In this document: piece after piece, positions 22,745 through 33,418 of the stretch
Position numbering within the stretch: position 1 is the stretch's first letter
How the letters are laid out: every line of letters begins with the position of its first letter
From: an uncultured Acidobacteriaceae bacterium
GTDB taxonomy: Bacteria; Acidobacteriota; Terriglobia; Terriglobales; Acidobacteriaceae
Direction: 5' to 3'
Length of the DNA: 64,000 nt
NCBI GenBank assembly: GCA_963774565.1
Contig: CAVZFP010000009.1
Span: forward strand, 64,349-128,348
Notes under the pieces: generated by a model
Told to the model about the DNA's origin: nothing
The model's database searches: none
Seen by the model: the letters and a program-made list of their open reading frames with translations, nothing else
Made by a program: the position numbers and the translations under genes

Positions 22745-24730
22745 ATGAAACCTCTCACGAAGATGATCTCTGACACTCGTATCCTCTGTTTTCTCTTATC
22801 CCTTCCGGCCGGCGCGCTCTTTTTGGGTTCTTCCAGTGCACAGACCGTTCCGTCGAGCGCATCGCTGGCGAGCGAAACTCCGGCCAAAGTCGAGGCTGTG
22901 ACCGACAGCTTTGACTACGTCAAGCGCGATGTAATGATTGCGATGCGCGACGGAGTGAAACTGCATACCGTGATCGTCATTCCAAAAGGGGCGAAGAACG
23001 CGCCCATTCTGCTGACGCGGACGCCTTACAACGCCAGCGCGCAATTGAGCCACGCGCAGAGTTCCCACCTGGGTTCGATTCTGAACGGCTATGACAATGC
23101 CGTGGAAGTGATTGTGGAAGGCGGATACATCCGCGCGGTGCAGGATGTGCGTGGCAAGTACGGGTCGCAGGGCGACTACGTGATGACTCGTCCGCTGCAC
23201 GGGCTGCTGAACCCGACGGCGGTCGATCATTCGACCGACACTTATGACACCATCGACTGGCTGGTGAAAAATGTTCCCGAGGCCAATGGCAAGGTGGGCA
23301 TTCTGGGAATTTCCTACGACGGGTTTTTGCCGTTGATGGCGCTGGTGAATCCACACCCGGCGCTGAAAGTGGCAGTGCCGATGAATCCCATGGTCGACGG
23401 CTGGAGGGGAGACGACTGGTTTCACAACGGCGCCTTTCGCGAGCAGAACATGCCATACATCTACGAGCAGGAGGCAACCCGGGACAACAGCGCGATGTGG
23501 TGGACCAACCACTTTGACGACTACGACGTGTATATGGAGGCGGGTTCAGCGGGGGAACTGGGACGGCGTCATGGGTTAGAGCAGGTGGGATTCTGGCGAA
23601 AACTGCTGGAACATCCGAGCTATGATGCGTGGTGGCAAGAGCAAGCCATGGACAAGATTCTGGCCGCGCAGCCTTTGAAAGTGCCGGTGATGCTGGTCGA
23701 TAGTTTGTGGGATCAGGAAGACATCTACGGCGCGGCGGCGGTCTACAAAGCGATCAAGCCGAAGGATACCAATAACGACATGGTGTTTCTTGTCATGGGA
23801 CCGTGGCATCACGGGCAGGAGATTGGCGATGGCAGCACGCTCGGTGCATTGAAATTCAACAGTGATACCGGGCTCTATTTCCGCGAAAACATTCTGCGGC
23901 CATTTTTGGATCACTATCTGAAAGACGGCGCGCCCAAAGCAGATGTGGCTCCCGTGACGGCGTTCGAAACGGGGACGAACACTTGGCGGCCGTTGCCCTC
24001 GTGGCCAGCGGGATGCGCCAGCGCTAGCCAGTGCTCGATTCATGCTAGGAAGCTGTACCTGGAGGCGGGACTCAAGGCGGGATTTGACGCGCCTAAGAGC
24101 GGAGATGCGGCATTCGATGAATATGTTTCGGATGCGGCGAAGCCCGTGCCTTTCCGCTCACGGCCGATTCAACCGGTGGGATACGGCGGCCAATTCACCT
24201 GGTCGCAGTGGCTGGTGGATGATCAGCGAGAGGCGTCGGGTCGTCCTGATGTGTTGGCCTTTGCGTCGGACGTGTTGAGGGAACCGGTGAAGATCAGCGG
24301 GCAGCCGATTGCGAATCTGATCGCATCGACGAGCGGAACCGATTCGGACTGGGTGCTCAAGGTGATTGATGTTTATCCCGATGAGGTGGCGGGACAGGTA
24401 GGGATGGGTGGTTATCAGTTGATGATTTCCGCCGACATTTTTCGCGGGCGCTATCGGGAGAGCCTGGAGACGGCGAAGGCGATCGCGCCGGACCAGCCTC
24501 TGCTTTATCACTTTGTGCTGCCGACGGCGAATCATGTATTTCTGCCGGGGCACCGGATCATGGTGCAGGTGCAGTCCAGCTGGTTTCCACTGTACGATCG
24601 CAATCCGCAGACCTTTGTGCCCAATATTTTCTGGGCCAAGCCGGGAGATTATAAGAAGGCGGTGCAGCGCGTCTTCCACTCGGCCGAGCAGTCGAGCTTC
24701 ATTGAACTGCCGGTGGTCGAGACGAGATGA
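22745..24730 (+). CDS. CocE/NonD-family hydrolase (S15 X-Pro dipeptidyl-peptidase / alpha-amino-acid ester hydrolase-like), secreted
   Basis: Intact 661-aa ORF with a signal peptide. It has the ...TRTPYNA... and GISYDG nucleophile-elbow motifs and the characteristic C-terminal jelly-roll region. Confidence 0.8.
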   Translation: MKPLTKMISDTRILCFLLSLPAGALFLGSSSAQTVPSSASLASETPAKVEAVTDSFDYVKRDVMIAMRDGVKLHTVIVIPKGAKNAPILLTRTPYNASAQLSHAQSSHLGSILNGYDNAVEVIVEGGYIRAVQDVRGKYGSQGDYVMTRPLHGLLNPTAVDHSTDTYDTIDWLVKNVPEANGKVGILGISYDGFLPLMALVNPHPALKVAVPMNPMVDGWRGDDWFHNGAFREQNMPYIYEQEATRDNSAMWWTNHFDDYDVYMEAGSAGELGRRHGLEQVGFWRKLLEHPSYDAWWQEQAMDKILAAQPLKVPVMLVDSLWDQEDIYGAAAVYKAIKPKDTNNDMVFLVMGPWHHGQEIGDGSTLGALKFNSDTGLYFRENILRPFLDHYLKDGAPKADVAPVTAFETGTNTWRPLPSWPAGCASASQCSIHARKLYLEAGLKAGFDAPKSGDAAFDEYVSDAAKPVPFRSRPIQPVGYGGQFTWSQWLVDDQREASGRPDVLAFASDVLREPVKISGQPIANLIASTSGTDSDWVLKVIDVYPDEVAGQVGMGGYQLMISADIFRGRYRESLETAKAIAPDQPLLYHFVLPTANHVFLPGHRIMVQVQSSWFPLYDRNPQTFVPNIFWAKPGDYKKAVQRVFHSAEQSSFIELPVVETR

Positions 24731-26019
24731 GAGGCAACGTGGTTTTCAGGAGGTGTGTGCGAATCGCATTGCAGGTCGGTGCCGGTCTGTTGTTGCTGAC
24801 CGCGCCGTCGCTGGGGCAAGGGAAGCGGCTGTGGGTGCTGCGCGCGCCGGGAGAGATGGTCGAATACGATCCGGCGACATTTGCGGTAAAGCAGACGGTG
24901 AAAGTTCCAGCCGAGGCGATGGAGAATCTGCTGGGTTTGTCGGTAAATCATCTAGGGCAAATTTTGTTTGTGCCGATCGTCAACCTGCCGCTGTCCGAGG
25001 AAGATGTGCAATCGGGACACAAAGTGTGGTTCTGGGACGGACATGCGGCGGCGACGCTGGAGCAAGGTGTGAAGAGAGAAGTGGCGGCCACGGGATCGAA
25101 CCAGGCGATCAACGAGGCAGCTCCGACGGCGCGGCTTTCGGCGGACGGCACACATTTGTTCTGGTTTGCAAATCAGGCGCACCGGCTGCAGAGAGACGGA
25201 TTGGACCTTTCGACGGCGACGACCTGGCAAGCATGGCGAACCGACCTGAGCGGCGGAGCACGCGAAGATCTGGCCACAGTCAAACTTCCGGAGTGCAAGT
25301 GCGCGACGGGCAGCTGCGAGGAGACTTGCCCCTACTGCGGAGTTTGGGTGCCAGAGCGCGGGATCGAGAATTTCTTTCTGATGACGCAATACGTGACCCG
25401 GCAAACCGAATCTGACTACCAGAAGAGTTCGCGCTATCAGGAGGAGAACGGCAAGTGGACGGCCACGGCGCTGGATAAGCCTTTGGAACGTGAGTTGGAC
25501 GCTTCTGCGACAGGCGACTTGATTGCTGAGGCGATTCCGGATGCGGGCTGCTGCGGATGGTCGAACGAGAGCAATGATCAGATGCTGGTACGAGCTTCCG
25601 GCAAGACACGAGTCGTATTTGACGAGCGGGCGAGCTATCAGAATCCTGACTACGATGTGAGTTTCTATACGTCGAACGCGCAGTTGTCGCCGGCACTGGG
25701 GTATGTGGCGATGACCATTGTGTCGACGGCGGACACAAACCAACCCATTCAACTGGCGGACCAGGGAGATGCCAACCCCGAAGAGTTGCAGGGAATTCGG
25801 AAGGCATTGACGGAGTTGCCGGCGGTGGAAGTGAAGGGCATGGAGGATTCTCCGCGGAGGGTGGCGTTTGTGCCGCATGCGGTGTTGGTGGGATGGATGA
25901 ACGAGAAGGAGATTCTGATTGTGGAAGATCATGTGCTCGTGGTTTACAACGTGGGGACGGGAACGCGGCGCAAGTCGAGCCTGCGGCTGGAGGACGCGGG
26001 CAGGGTGTTTCTGCGGTGA
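24727..26019 (+). CDS. Secreted hypothetical protein with Cys-cluster motifs (430 aa)
   Basis: Intact ORF that overlaps the hydrolase stop as ATGA. It has an N-terminal signal-like segment and the motifs LPECKCATGSCEETCPYCG and DAGCCGW. I recognise no family. Confidence 0.6.
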   Translation: MRGNVVFRRCVRIALQVGAGLLLLTAPSLGQGKRLWVLRAPGEMVEYDPATFAVKQTVKVPAEAMENLLGLSVNHLGQILFVPIVNLPLSEEDVQSGHKVWFWDGHAAATLEQGVKREVAATGSNQAINEAAPTARLSADGTHLFWFANQAHRLQRDGLDLSTATTWQAWRTDLSGGAREDLATVKLPECKCATGSCEETCPYCGVWVPERGIENFFLMTQYVTRQTESDYQKSSRYQEENGKWTATALDKPLERELDASATGDLIAEAIPDAGCCGWSNESNDQMLVRASGKTRVVFDERASYQNPDYDVSFYTSNAQLSPALGYVAMTIVSTADTNQPIQLADQGDANPEELQGIRKALTELPAVEVKGMEDSPRRVAFVPHAVLVGWMNEKEILIVEDHVLVVYNVGTGTRRKSSLRLEDAGRVFLR

Positions 26020-26108
26020 AGAGACAGGACACATAGCCGATTTCATTCCCTTTGCCTGAAGAACGGCTGCGCCAATCGACCGCTGCCACAAGCTATTCCA
26101 AGATTTTA

Positions 26109-26138
26109 TTGACATTAGCCCCCGGAGTGGCGTACAAC
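26109..26138 (+). promoter_or_regulatory. Candidate sigma70-type promoter for the 26164 gene
   Basis: TTGACA (26109-26114), an 18-nt spacer, then TACAAC (26133-26138). The RBS ggaggtg lies just before the ATG at 26164. Confidence 0.35.
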
Positions 26139-26163
26139 CGCCTGCACAATTGGAGGTGCACCC

Positions 26164-26619
26164 ATGGGGCGAATCAATGCTGGGATTACGAGCGTCACCT
26201 TCGTGGCGCTTCTCGTAATAACCATGCCAACCTTAGCGCAGGAGAACGAGCATAAAGAGAAGCCGGCTTCGACGAGTAGCGCTGCGATGGCGAAACACAG
26301 TATTTGGAAGGAAAAGGGCGACGGAGTCTGGGAGGCTCACATTCCCAGATTTGTGGATGACGAAGAGGGAAAGGAGAAGCCCGAGTTTGCGGCTGTGCGG
26401 CTGACCGGGGCACGCTATGCCGAGTTTCAGAAAGGTTCCAAGGACTTTCTGAATGACCACAACATTTTTTCGCACAAAGTGAAGGTTCTGGAGTCCTGTC
26501 CAGCAGCCAAGCCGACGCAGGAAGAACCAAAGTCTGCTTACTGGTACTTAATAGTTGCCCATTGGCCGGGCAGCACGTCGGCGTGTTACGCCTATCCGGG
26601 ATGGAGTGAGCCCAAGTGA
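26164..26619 (+). CDS. Small secreted hypothetical protein (151 aa)
   Basis: Intact ORF with a signal peptide (...VITMPTLAQE) and a good RBS. I recognise no family. Confidence 0.55.
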   Translation: MGRINAGITSVTFVALLVITMPTLAQENEHKEKPASTSSAAMAKHSIWKEKGDGVWEAHIPRFVDDEEGKEKPEFAAVRLTGARYAEFQKGSKDFLNDHNIFSHKVKVLESCPAAKPTQEEPKSAYWYLIVAHWPGSTSACYAYPGWSEPK

Positions 26620-26640
26620 GCCTGAAGCTCCGGAGCGATG

Positions 26641-28971
26641 TCACAGCTTCATGCGGCGCTGTAAGGCTTGGAAACGAGGATCGGAGCGCAACGGGTCAAC
26701 GGCAGGGTCAAACTTGATCCAAGCCAGATATAGATCCCGTTCCGCGTAGGCTTTTTCGAGCCAAGTCAAAGCTTGGTCGTTTTCTGCCAGGGCAATATAG
26801 AGAGTGGCGATGAAGTAGGGGGGAATGTAGGTCTGTTTAGACTGTTCCTGCAGTTGGGCCAAGATTTTCAGGGCATTCGGCCGATCTCCCTGTTGGGCGT
26901 AGGCGCGTCCCAGCCACACGGCGCGGACGGCGTCGCCGCCCGACAGGGTTAAAGCTTTTTGGAACTCGACGATGGCTTGCGGATAAGCTCCTTTCCCCAA
27001 GAAGGTATATCCGAGGCATGCGTGCGCGCCATCGAAGTTGGGCGCTAATTCGAGCGCTTTCTGACACTGTTGGGCAGCCAGATCATATTTGCGAGCAGAG
27101 TAGAATATCCAACCGGCCGTCGTGTCGTTAAAGGCGGAGAGCGGATCAATGGCCTGAGCGGCGAGGATCTCGGCCTGCGCCTGCTCAAACCGAGTCATGG
27201 CTGAGAGGAAGACAGAGTACAGGCGATGAGCCTCCGCATCACTGGGATTCAGTGCGAGAGCGCGGCCGTATTCCTTGTCCGCACCGTCCCAGTCCCAATC
27301 GCCGTAGAAAAGGATCGAGGCCAACTCGGTGTGGGCGCGAGCCAGCGAATCATCAAGAGTCAGCGCCTTGAGCGCATACTGCTTCGCCTTGGGCATGACT
27401 TCCTGAGACGGACGGTCAGGAGTTCCCCAGTAAGAGTCAGCCAAACCGGCGTATGCGGGGGCAAAGTTCGGGTCGAGCGCAATCGCTTGCTCGTAATACT
27501 GACGGGCTCTCTTGCGCTGCTCGTAGGTCCCAATATTCAAGTAGTTGGCTTTTAGATACGCCTCTTGGGCGGCGGGTTCGACCGGATGTGGAGTGGTCAA
27601 CCGTTCCTGGTCGTGGGGTGTAAGCTTCACTTTGATTTCGTTGGCAATAGTGAAGGCGAGTTCGCGCTGAAGAGTGAGCAGATCGCGAAGTTCCCGTTGG
27701 TAACTCTTGGACCAGAGTTGGCTGTCGGTATTGGCATTGAGAAGCCGGGCGGTGACCTCGACGGTGTTGCCGGAGCGCAGGACGGATCCTTCCACAATGG
27801 CATCCACGTTCAATTGGCGTGAAATTTCGCGCAGCGGCAGCCTGTCGGTCTTGTAGCGCATGACCGAAGTTCGTGAAATGACACGCCGCACGCCCCGAAT
27901 CTGACCGAGATCGGTAATGAGAGCTTCGGTCATGCCGTCGGCGAGGTAGTCCTGCTCGGGATCGTGGGACAGATTTTCGAGTGGCAGAACCGCCAGCGAC
28001 TCGATTCTCGTGCTGCCTTCGGGGAACCAGTTTCCGAACCACGCAGCGAGCAGAAGCAAAATAGCCAGCATCCCCGCTGCCGCCAGGATGGAGCTGCGGC
28101 GCACGCGTTTTGGGCGCTGGAGAATGACGTTGGTGGAACTTCCTGTGTTCAGGCGGCGCAGGTCTACCAGCAAATCGCGGACGGACTGATAGCGATTGTC
28201 GGGATCTTTCTCGAGACACTTCAGCACGATCTGTTCGAGCGCTGGAGAAATGTGTCGATTGAGCACGCCAGGCGGTTGAGGCGGTTCGCGGAGAATCGCA
28301 TCGATCAGGCGTGCCGTATGTGTATCGGGAAACGGACGAGCGCCTGTCGCGCATTCGTAGAGGACAGCGCCCGCCGCCCAGATGTCACTTCGAACATCCA
28401 CCGTCTCGCTGCGCAATTGTTCCGGGGCCATGTAGGGAAGAGTGCCGACAGGCCCTTTTGCGTCATCGGCGGTTTTCGTCACGGCCGTGTCGCTGACTGG
28501 ATGCACCAGTCTGACTAAGCCAAAATCGAGAATCTTCAAGCGGTTGTCGGGAGTGATCCGGAGGTTACCCGGCTTTAAGTCGCGATGAACGAAGTGCTGG
28601 CTGTGAGCGGTGTCCAGACCCTCCGCCAGTTGCGTTCCCATGTGTAGCACTTGTTTTTCCGGCAGCGAGCCAGCGGCCAGCTTGGCGTCCAGGGTCACAC
28701 CCGGAATGTATTCCGTCACCAGGAAGTCGACGCCATTTTCCGTACCAAAGTCGAAGACGGTTTCAATATTGGGGTGATTTAGTTTGGCCAGAGCGAGCGC
28801 CTCCTGGCGGAAACGCTTGCGGGCACCTTCGTCCGCCAGTGCGCCGCGGGGCAGAACTTTTAGAGCAACGTCGCGATCCAGTTGTTCGTCGTGAGCGCGA
28901 TACACGACTCCCATGCCGCCAGCCCCTATTTGTTCGCGGATTGTGTACCGAGAAAGCGCTGGCGCGATCAT
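26641..28971 (-). CDS. Ser/Thr protein kinase with a TM segment, a TolB-N-like domain and C-terminal TPR repeats
   Basis: Intact 776-aa ORF. The Hanks kinase motifs are GAGGMGVVY, HRDLKPGN, DFGL and YMAPEQ. One TM helix (ILAAAGMLAILLLLAAWF) is followed by repeated TPR-like A..Y..AL.L.P segments. Confidence 0.9.
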   Translation of the reverse strand: MIAPALSRYTIREQIGAGGMGVVYRAHDEQLDRDVALKVLPRGALADEGARKRFRQEALALAKLNHPNIETVFDFGTENGVDFLVTEYIPGVTLDAKLAAGSLPEKQVLHMGTQLAEGLDTAHSQHFVHRDLKPGNLRITPDNRLKILDFGLVRLVHPVSDTAVTKTADDAKGPVGTLPYMAPEQLRSETVDVRSDIWAAGAVLYECATGARPFPDTHTARLIDAILREPPQPPGVLNRHISPALEQIVLKCLEKDPDNRYQSVRDLLVDLRRLNTGSSTNVILQRPKRVRRSSILAAAGMLAILLLLAAWFGNWFPEGSTRIESLAVLPLENLSHDPEQDYLADGMTEALITDLGQIRGVRRVISRTSVMRYKTDRLPLREISRQLNVDAIVEGSVLRSGNTVEVTARLLNANTDSQLWSKSYQRELRDLLTLQRELAFTIANEIKVKLTPHDQERLTTPHPVEPAAQEAYLKANYLNIGTYEQRKRARQYYEQAIALDPNFAPAYAGLADSYWGTPDRPSQEVMPKAKQYALKALTLDDSLARAHTELASILFYGDWDWDGADKEYGRALALNPSDAEAHRLYSVFLSAMTRFEQAQAEILAAQAIDPLSAFNDTTAGWIFYSARKYDLAAQQCQKALELAPNFDGAHACLGYTFLGKGAYPQAIVEFQKALTLSGGDAVRAVWLGRAYAQQGDRPNALKILAQLQEQSKQTYIPPYFIATLYIALAENDQALTWLEKAYAERDLYLAWIKFDPAVDPLRSDPRFQALQRRMKL

Positions 28972-29150
28972 GGTCTGGACTTACTCCAGTGTGTTGGCAT
29001 GTTACTCCTTTAAGGCCGAACGGGGAACGACATGTGAGCGACAGAGTCTTTGACGTCATTTGAGGCTTACCAGCAGTTCATCGCACGCGCGGTCGAGTTT
29101 GGCAGATCTTAACAAAACAAGGAAATTGTGTTGAATGTGGAGGCCTGGAA

Positions 29151-30638
29151 TCAGGCAATCATGCGATCGTCCTTCCGCTGACCGGCGCGATAGAGGATCC
29201 AGCCGAGGAGATTCGCCGCCAGCACCACTCCGGCGATTTTCAGGGAATAGCGAGACTGGCTCTCCACGCGTATGATCGGGAAGATCGAGAGTACAACGAA
29301 GAGCAAGGTTACGAGAAAGCCCGAAGCTGCCGCCGCGCGCAGAACGAGGCCAGGGCGGATACCCCGGGCTTTGGGCGCGAGCAGAGGAATGGCGAAGAGC
29401 GCGAGATAGGCCAGGCCGTAAAAAGTGAAGCCCCAGGTCAGAAGAAGTTCGTAGGCCTCTTGTTCGCCGACGCCGATCAGGGCCGCGATGCTCGCGGCCA
29501 GGGTTGCCCCTCCCAGGAAAAGGATCGAGTTCACCGGCGTTTTGTAGCGGGAATGCAGATGCGAGAACCAGGGGGGCAGCAGATGGTCCCAGCCGGCGGC
29601 CATGGGGAGGCGCGCGCTGCCGCTGAAATAGAGGCTGAAGGTGGAGAGGTAATTCGCCAGCAGCAAGAAGATGGCAACCGGAACGATGACGGCGCCGAAG
29701 TTCCCGAAGCCGCGGCGCAAGGCTTGCGGGATGGGACCGATGACATCGACAGCGTCGGGGGAGACGTAGGCCAGAATCGCACTCGTGGTGAAGATATAGA
29801 TCAGCGCGATCATGGGCGCGGTGATCAGGATGGAACGCCCGATGTTGCGGGCGGGGTTGCGGGATTCCCCGGCGAAGATGGCGACATATTCGAAGCCGCT
29901 GAGCGCGCCAAAAGTCATCTTGCTGAAGACGCTGAGAGTGAAAACCGTGAGCGGCGGTGCGACCAGTCGCAAGGGATGGAAAGCAGTGAGAGTTCCGTTG
30001 CGTACATTCAGCAATGGAAGGGTTACAAGTACGGCTACGGTGACGAGCACGGCGATGCTGCCTGCATTGTTGAACCACTTGCCAACGCTGAAGCCAATGC
30101 CGGCCAGCAGCATTTGCGCCGCGATTAGAACTACTGACGCAGACAGAACAGCCCACCGGTTGTCGGCCATCCAGGATAGTGAAGGCACGGCATAAGCCAG
30201 GAAGGTCGAAGTGACCAGGCCGATGATGGCAACGTAGAGCATGATGAAGAGCCAGAGATTCCACGCCACCAGGAACCCGATTTGATCGTTGAAGGCGAGG
30301 CGCGCCCATTCGTAGAGACCGCCTTCGAGCGGCATCAGACGATTGAGATGTGCGACGATCAGCGCGAGTGGAATGAAGAAGAGCAGCATAGCCGAGAGCC
30401 ATAGGACAACATGAGCCGGCCCAGCCTTCACCGCCGTGCCGAGAAAGTCGGGGACTACTACAAGCAGGATTTGCGCGAGGATCAAGTCGAGGAGACCGAG
30501 TTCCCGACGGAGGCCGGCGCTGTGGGACTGAATTTCGGCTTCGGCTGATTGGAGAGACGGATTGTCTGGGATCGCCAATTTAAGTCTCAGAAGGGAAGTC
30601 AAATACCCCGCGCTGTCCCGCCAAAAAACGCGGAGCAA
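29151..30638 (-). CDS. APC-superfamily amino acid/polyamine permease
   Basis: Intact 495-aa ORF with ~12 hydrophobic helices. The N-terminal LGLLDLILAQILLVV... and overall pattern are typical of APC transporters. Confidence 0.75.
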   Translation of the reverse strand: MLRVFWRDSAGYLTSLLRLKLAIPDNPSLQSAEAEIQSHSAGLRRELGLLDLILAQILLVVVPDFLGTAVKAGPAHVVLWLSAMLLFFIPLALIVAHLNRLMPLEGGLYEWARLAFNDQIGFLVAWNLWLFIMLYVAIIGLVTSTFLAYAVPSLSWMADNRWAVLSASVVLIAAQMLLAGIGFSVGKWFNNAGSIAVLVTVAVLVTLPLLNVRNGTLTAFHPLRLVAPPLTVFTLSVFSKMTFGALSGFEYVAIFAGESRNPARNIGRSILITAPMIALIYIFTTSAILAYVSPDAVDVIGPIPQALRRGFGNFGAVIVPVAIFLLLANYLSTFSLYFSGSARLPMAAGWDHLLPPWFSHLHSRYKTPVNSILFLGGATLAASIAALIGVGEQEAYELLLTWGFTFYGLAYLALFAIPLLAPKARGIRPGLVLRAAAASGFLVTLLFVVLSIFPIIRVESQSRYSLKIAGVVLAANLLGWILYRAGQRKDDRMIA

Positions 30639-30680
30639 GCACGGGGTACCCTCACCGATTTTTCCTAGCTACTCAATTCA

Positions 30681-32264
30681 TTATTTCTTTTCTGCTGGCC
30701 TCAGGAGCAAATCTTGATAATCGAAACTGAAATCGGCCAGCGGGGAGACTGCGGCCATGCTTGCGTTGTCGATGGTGCCGTCCGGGTTCAACGCAAAGGT
30801 CACGAACGCGTCTTCGATGGTGCGGACGCGCCAGTGGGCCTTGAAGGTGTCGTGTTGCCACGGTTGCAGGTCGCCGATCATGGTGGGCGAGTGATCGAAA
30901 GTCATCACGAGACCGCCATTTTCCATACGGATGGTGATCGGTCCGTACCACGCGTCATTGTAGACGCCGGCATATTTTTCGAGAGGCAGGGAAGGCTTGG
31001 AGTCGGCGGCGCGGGCGGCTTCGGCCTTCTTCATCGTCTCAGCCGCGTCTTTTTCCTGGGTGTCTTCACGGGATTTGAAGGCCGAAATCCAGTCGGTGGA
31101 CGGCAAATGAAAGTAGGAATCGAGCACATGGAATAGGATGGAATCGAAGGCGCCGTCCTCTTCAGCGTTCGTGAGCACGACGACTCCGAGATTTTCCTCG
31201 GGCACGAGCATGACGCGGGAGACGAATCCGCCAACGCTTCCAGTGTGCCCCACGAGCTTGCGGCCGTGATAGTCTCGCAATTCCCAGCCCAGAGCGTAGT
31301 CCGCGAAATTGGCTTTCAGTCCGGCGAGAGCGGCAGGTGGATCGCCGATGGGAAGAATGGTTTGCGGCGTCCACATCTCTTTGGAGCGCTGCTCGCTGAA
31401 CAGGTGGCCATCGCGGTCCGTGAACCTGCCGCGATTTAACTGCAGCTGTACCCACTTCGCCATGTCCGCGGCGCAGGAATTGATGGAACCAGCGGGGCCG
31501 GCATTGTCGAGGTTTTCGAACGGAATCACTTGCAGTTTGTCCTCCACGCGCGAGTGCGGGTAGGCGCGATCCTCGCCGGGCTGGATGTTCGCGTTCGTGA
31601 CGTTGGAATGGTTCATGCCGAGCGGCGTGAAGATTCGCTGGCGAATGTAGTCGTCCCAGGAAATGCCAGTCACGGCGGGGACGATCTGTCCAGCGGTCAT
31701 GTAGAGCAGATTGTCGTAGGCATAGTGGCTGCGGAAACTGGAGGCAGGCTTCATGAAGCGCAGCTTGTAAATAATTTCTTCGCGGGTGTAGGTGGAGTGC
31801 GGCCAGAAGAGCAGGTCGCCTTCGCCAAGACCCATGCCGCTGCGATGCGTGAGCAGGTCACGGATGGTCATCTCGTGCGAGACGTAGGGGTCGTACATCA
31901 CGAAGCCGGGAAGACGCTGGTAGACGGGATCGTCCCAGGAGAGCTTGCCTTCATCGACCAGCGTGGCCAAGGCAGCGGTCGTGAAAGCTTTGGTGTTGGA
32001 GCCGATGCCGAACATGGTGAATTCGTCGACCGGAGTACGGTCTCCCAGTTTGCGCACGCCGTAGCCCTTGGCGACTAGAATCTTGCCGTCTTTCACAATG
32101 GCTACAGCCATGCCGGGGACGGCGAAGGTTTTCATGGAAGAGGCGACGTAGGCATCGAGATCGGCGGGCGGGGCGCTTGAAGGCGCGGGGGACTGCGCGG
32201 ATGCAAAACTGATGAAAGTCAAAGCTAGGAAAAAAACGGGAAACCGTTTCAGGCAAGAGCGCAT
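30681..32264 (-). CDS. Beta-lactamase-fold serine hydrolase (class C / esterase family) with a C-terminal lipocalin-like extension
   Basis: The signal peptide is MRSCLKRFPVFFLALTFISFASA. The S-x-x-K motif is in FGIGSNTKAFT, and a Y-x-N motif is in YAYDNLLY. The ORF track gives 30681-32276. Confidence 0.8.
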   Translation of the reverse strand: MRSCLKRFPVFFLALTFISFASAQSPAPSSAPPADLDAYVASSMKTFAVPGMAVAIVKDGKILVAKGYGVRKLGDRTPVDEFTMFGIGSNTKAFTTAALATLVDEGKLSWDDPVYQRLPGFVMYDPYVSHEMTIRDLLTHRSGMGLGEGDLLFWPHSTYTREEIIYKLRFMKPASSFRSHYAYDNLLYMTAGQIVPAVTGISWDDYIRQRIFTPLGMNHSNVTNANIQPGEDRAYPHSRVEDKLQVIPFENLDNAGPAGSINSCAADMAKWVQLQLNRGRFTDRDGHLFSEQRSKEMWTPQTILPIGDPPAALAGLKANFADYALGWELRDYHGRKLVGHTGSVGGFVSRVMLVPEENLGVVVLTNAEEDGAFDSILFHVLDSYFHLPSTDWISAFKSREDTQEKDAAETMKKAEAARAADSKPSLPLEKYAGVYNDAWYGPITIRMENGGLVMTFDHSPTMIGDLQPWQHDTFKAHWRVRTIEDAFVTFALNPDGTIDNASMAAVSPLADFSFDYQDLLLRPAEKK

Positions 32265-32381
32265 GAATCTCTCCAAGTAGTGATCACGTACAACAACTTC
32301 GACGACGAGATTAGAACATAGCAGCTGAGATTCGCAGAGAGTGTACTCGGTTTGTAGCGACGCGAGCAGTTCGTTAGCCCG

Positions 32382-33350
32382 TTAGGGAGTTTTGGCGCGC
32401 ATCAAAAATGAAATGTCGCCTACTTTGTACAGAACCTTTCCCGGAGAATCCGGGGCAGCGTGTACCGTGCCCGCACGCACCGCGTCGAACGCAACCACGA
32501 GCCGAGGGAGAATTTCGGGCGATGCAACCGGAATATTGTGCGCGCCCAGAACCAGTTTGATTTGCGGGCCGAGGGCGGCCAGCCGGCGGATGGATGCGGC
32601 ATACGCGTCCACATCAGTTTCGGGGCGGAAAAGCCAGATCGGGGCAGGATAGTAAGTGTCTCCGGTGAACAGAAGGCCGTTGGCACGATCGATCAGTGAG
32701 ATGGCGTCGGGTGTATGGCCGGGAGTGGCGATGACCTCAAGCGTACGGTCACCCAAATCGAAGCGGTCTCCGTCGTGGGTATAGGCCGTGATTTTCCACG
32801 GCCGGGTCGCGTAAGTCTTCGGATTGAAGTCCTTGGGCAGTGCGCCACAAATCTGGCCCGGCGTGATTTCCTCCTGCGCGTCTTCGCGCGAGCCGCGTGC
32901 GTTCCTCCGTGTGAAGTCCGTGTCGATACCGTAAATGGTCTTGAATTGCCAGTTGCCGCCCACGTGATCGTCGTGAGTATGGGAGTTCAACACGATGATC
33001 GGCACTGTCGTAAGTTCGGCGGTCAGCCTCTTGATGTCGCTCATGCCCATGCCGGTATCGAACAATATTGCTCGCTGCTTGCCAACGATCAGGTAGCTGA
33101 TCACTTCTTCCGCTTGATGCGGTTCGTAGATGGCGAATACATCGCGCGCTGGTTTGTAGACTTCGAACCATGCATCGCTGACCGGAACGCGCTCGAGATT
33201 CTTGTACTCGGGGCGAGGAAGCGGGCGGCACCATTCAGGGATCGTATTCTGAGCCATTAAAGGCGCTGCGATAAGAAAGCAGTTCGCTAGAATAGCAATG
33301 CATTTCTGCCTGGAAAATTCTGCGTAGACGCGTCTGGACGCCTGGGTCAT
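32382..33350 (-). CDS. MBL-fold metallo-hydrolase, secreted
   Basis: Intact 322-aa ORF with a signal-like N-terminus, the HxHxDH motif (NSHTHDDHVGG) and the downstream TPGHTPD. Confidence 0.85.
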   Translation of the reverse strand: MTQASRRVYAEFSRQKCIAILANCFLIAAPLMAQNTIPEWCRPLPRPEYKNLERVPVSDAWFEVYKPARDVFAIYEPHQAEEVISYLIVGKQRAILFDTGMGMSDIKRLTAELTTVPIIVLNSHTHDDHVGGNWQFKTIYGIDTDFTRRNARGSREDAQEEITPGQICGALPKDFNPKTYATRPWKITAYTHDGDRFDLGDRTLEVIATPGHTPDAISLIDRANGLLFTGDTYYPAPIWLFRPETDVDAYAASIRRLAALGPQIKLVLGAHNIPVASPEILPRLVVAFDAVRAGTVHAAPDSPGKVLYKVGDISFLMRAKTP

Positions 33351-33418
33351 TTTGAATCTTGTCTGGACTTGCAGAATCGTAAATTATAAAGAGATTACCT
33401 TGGTTGGCAAGGAGCGCC

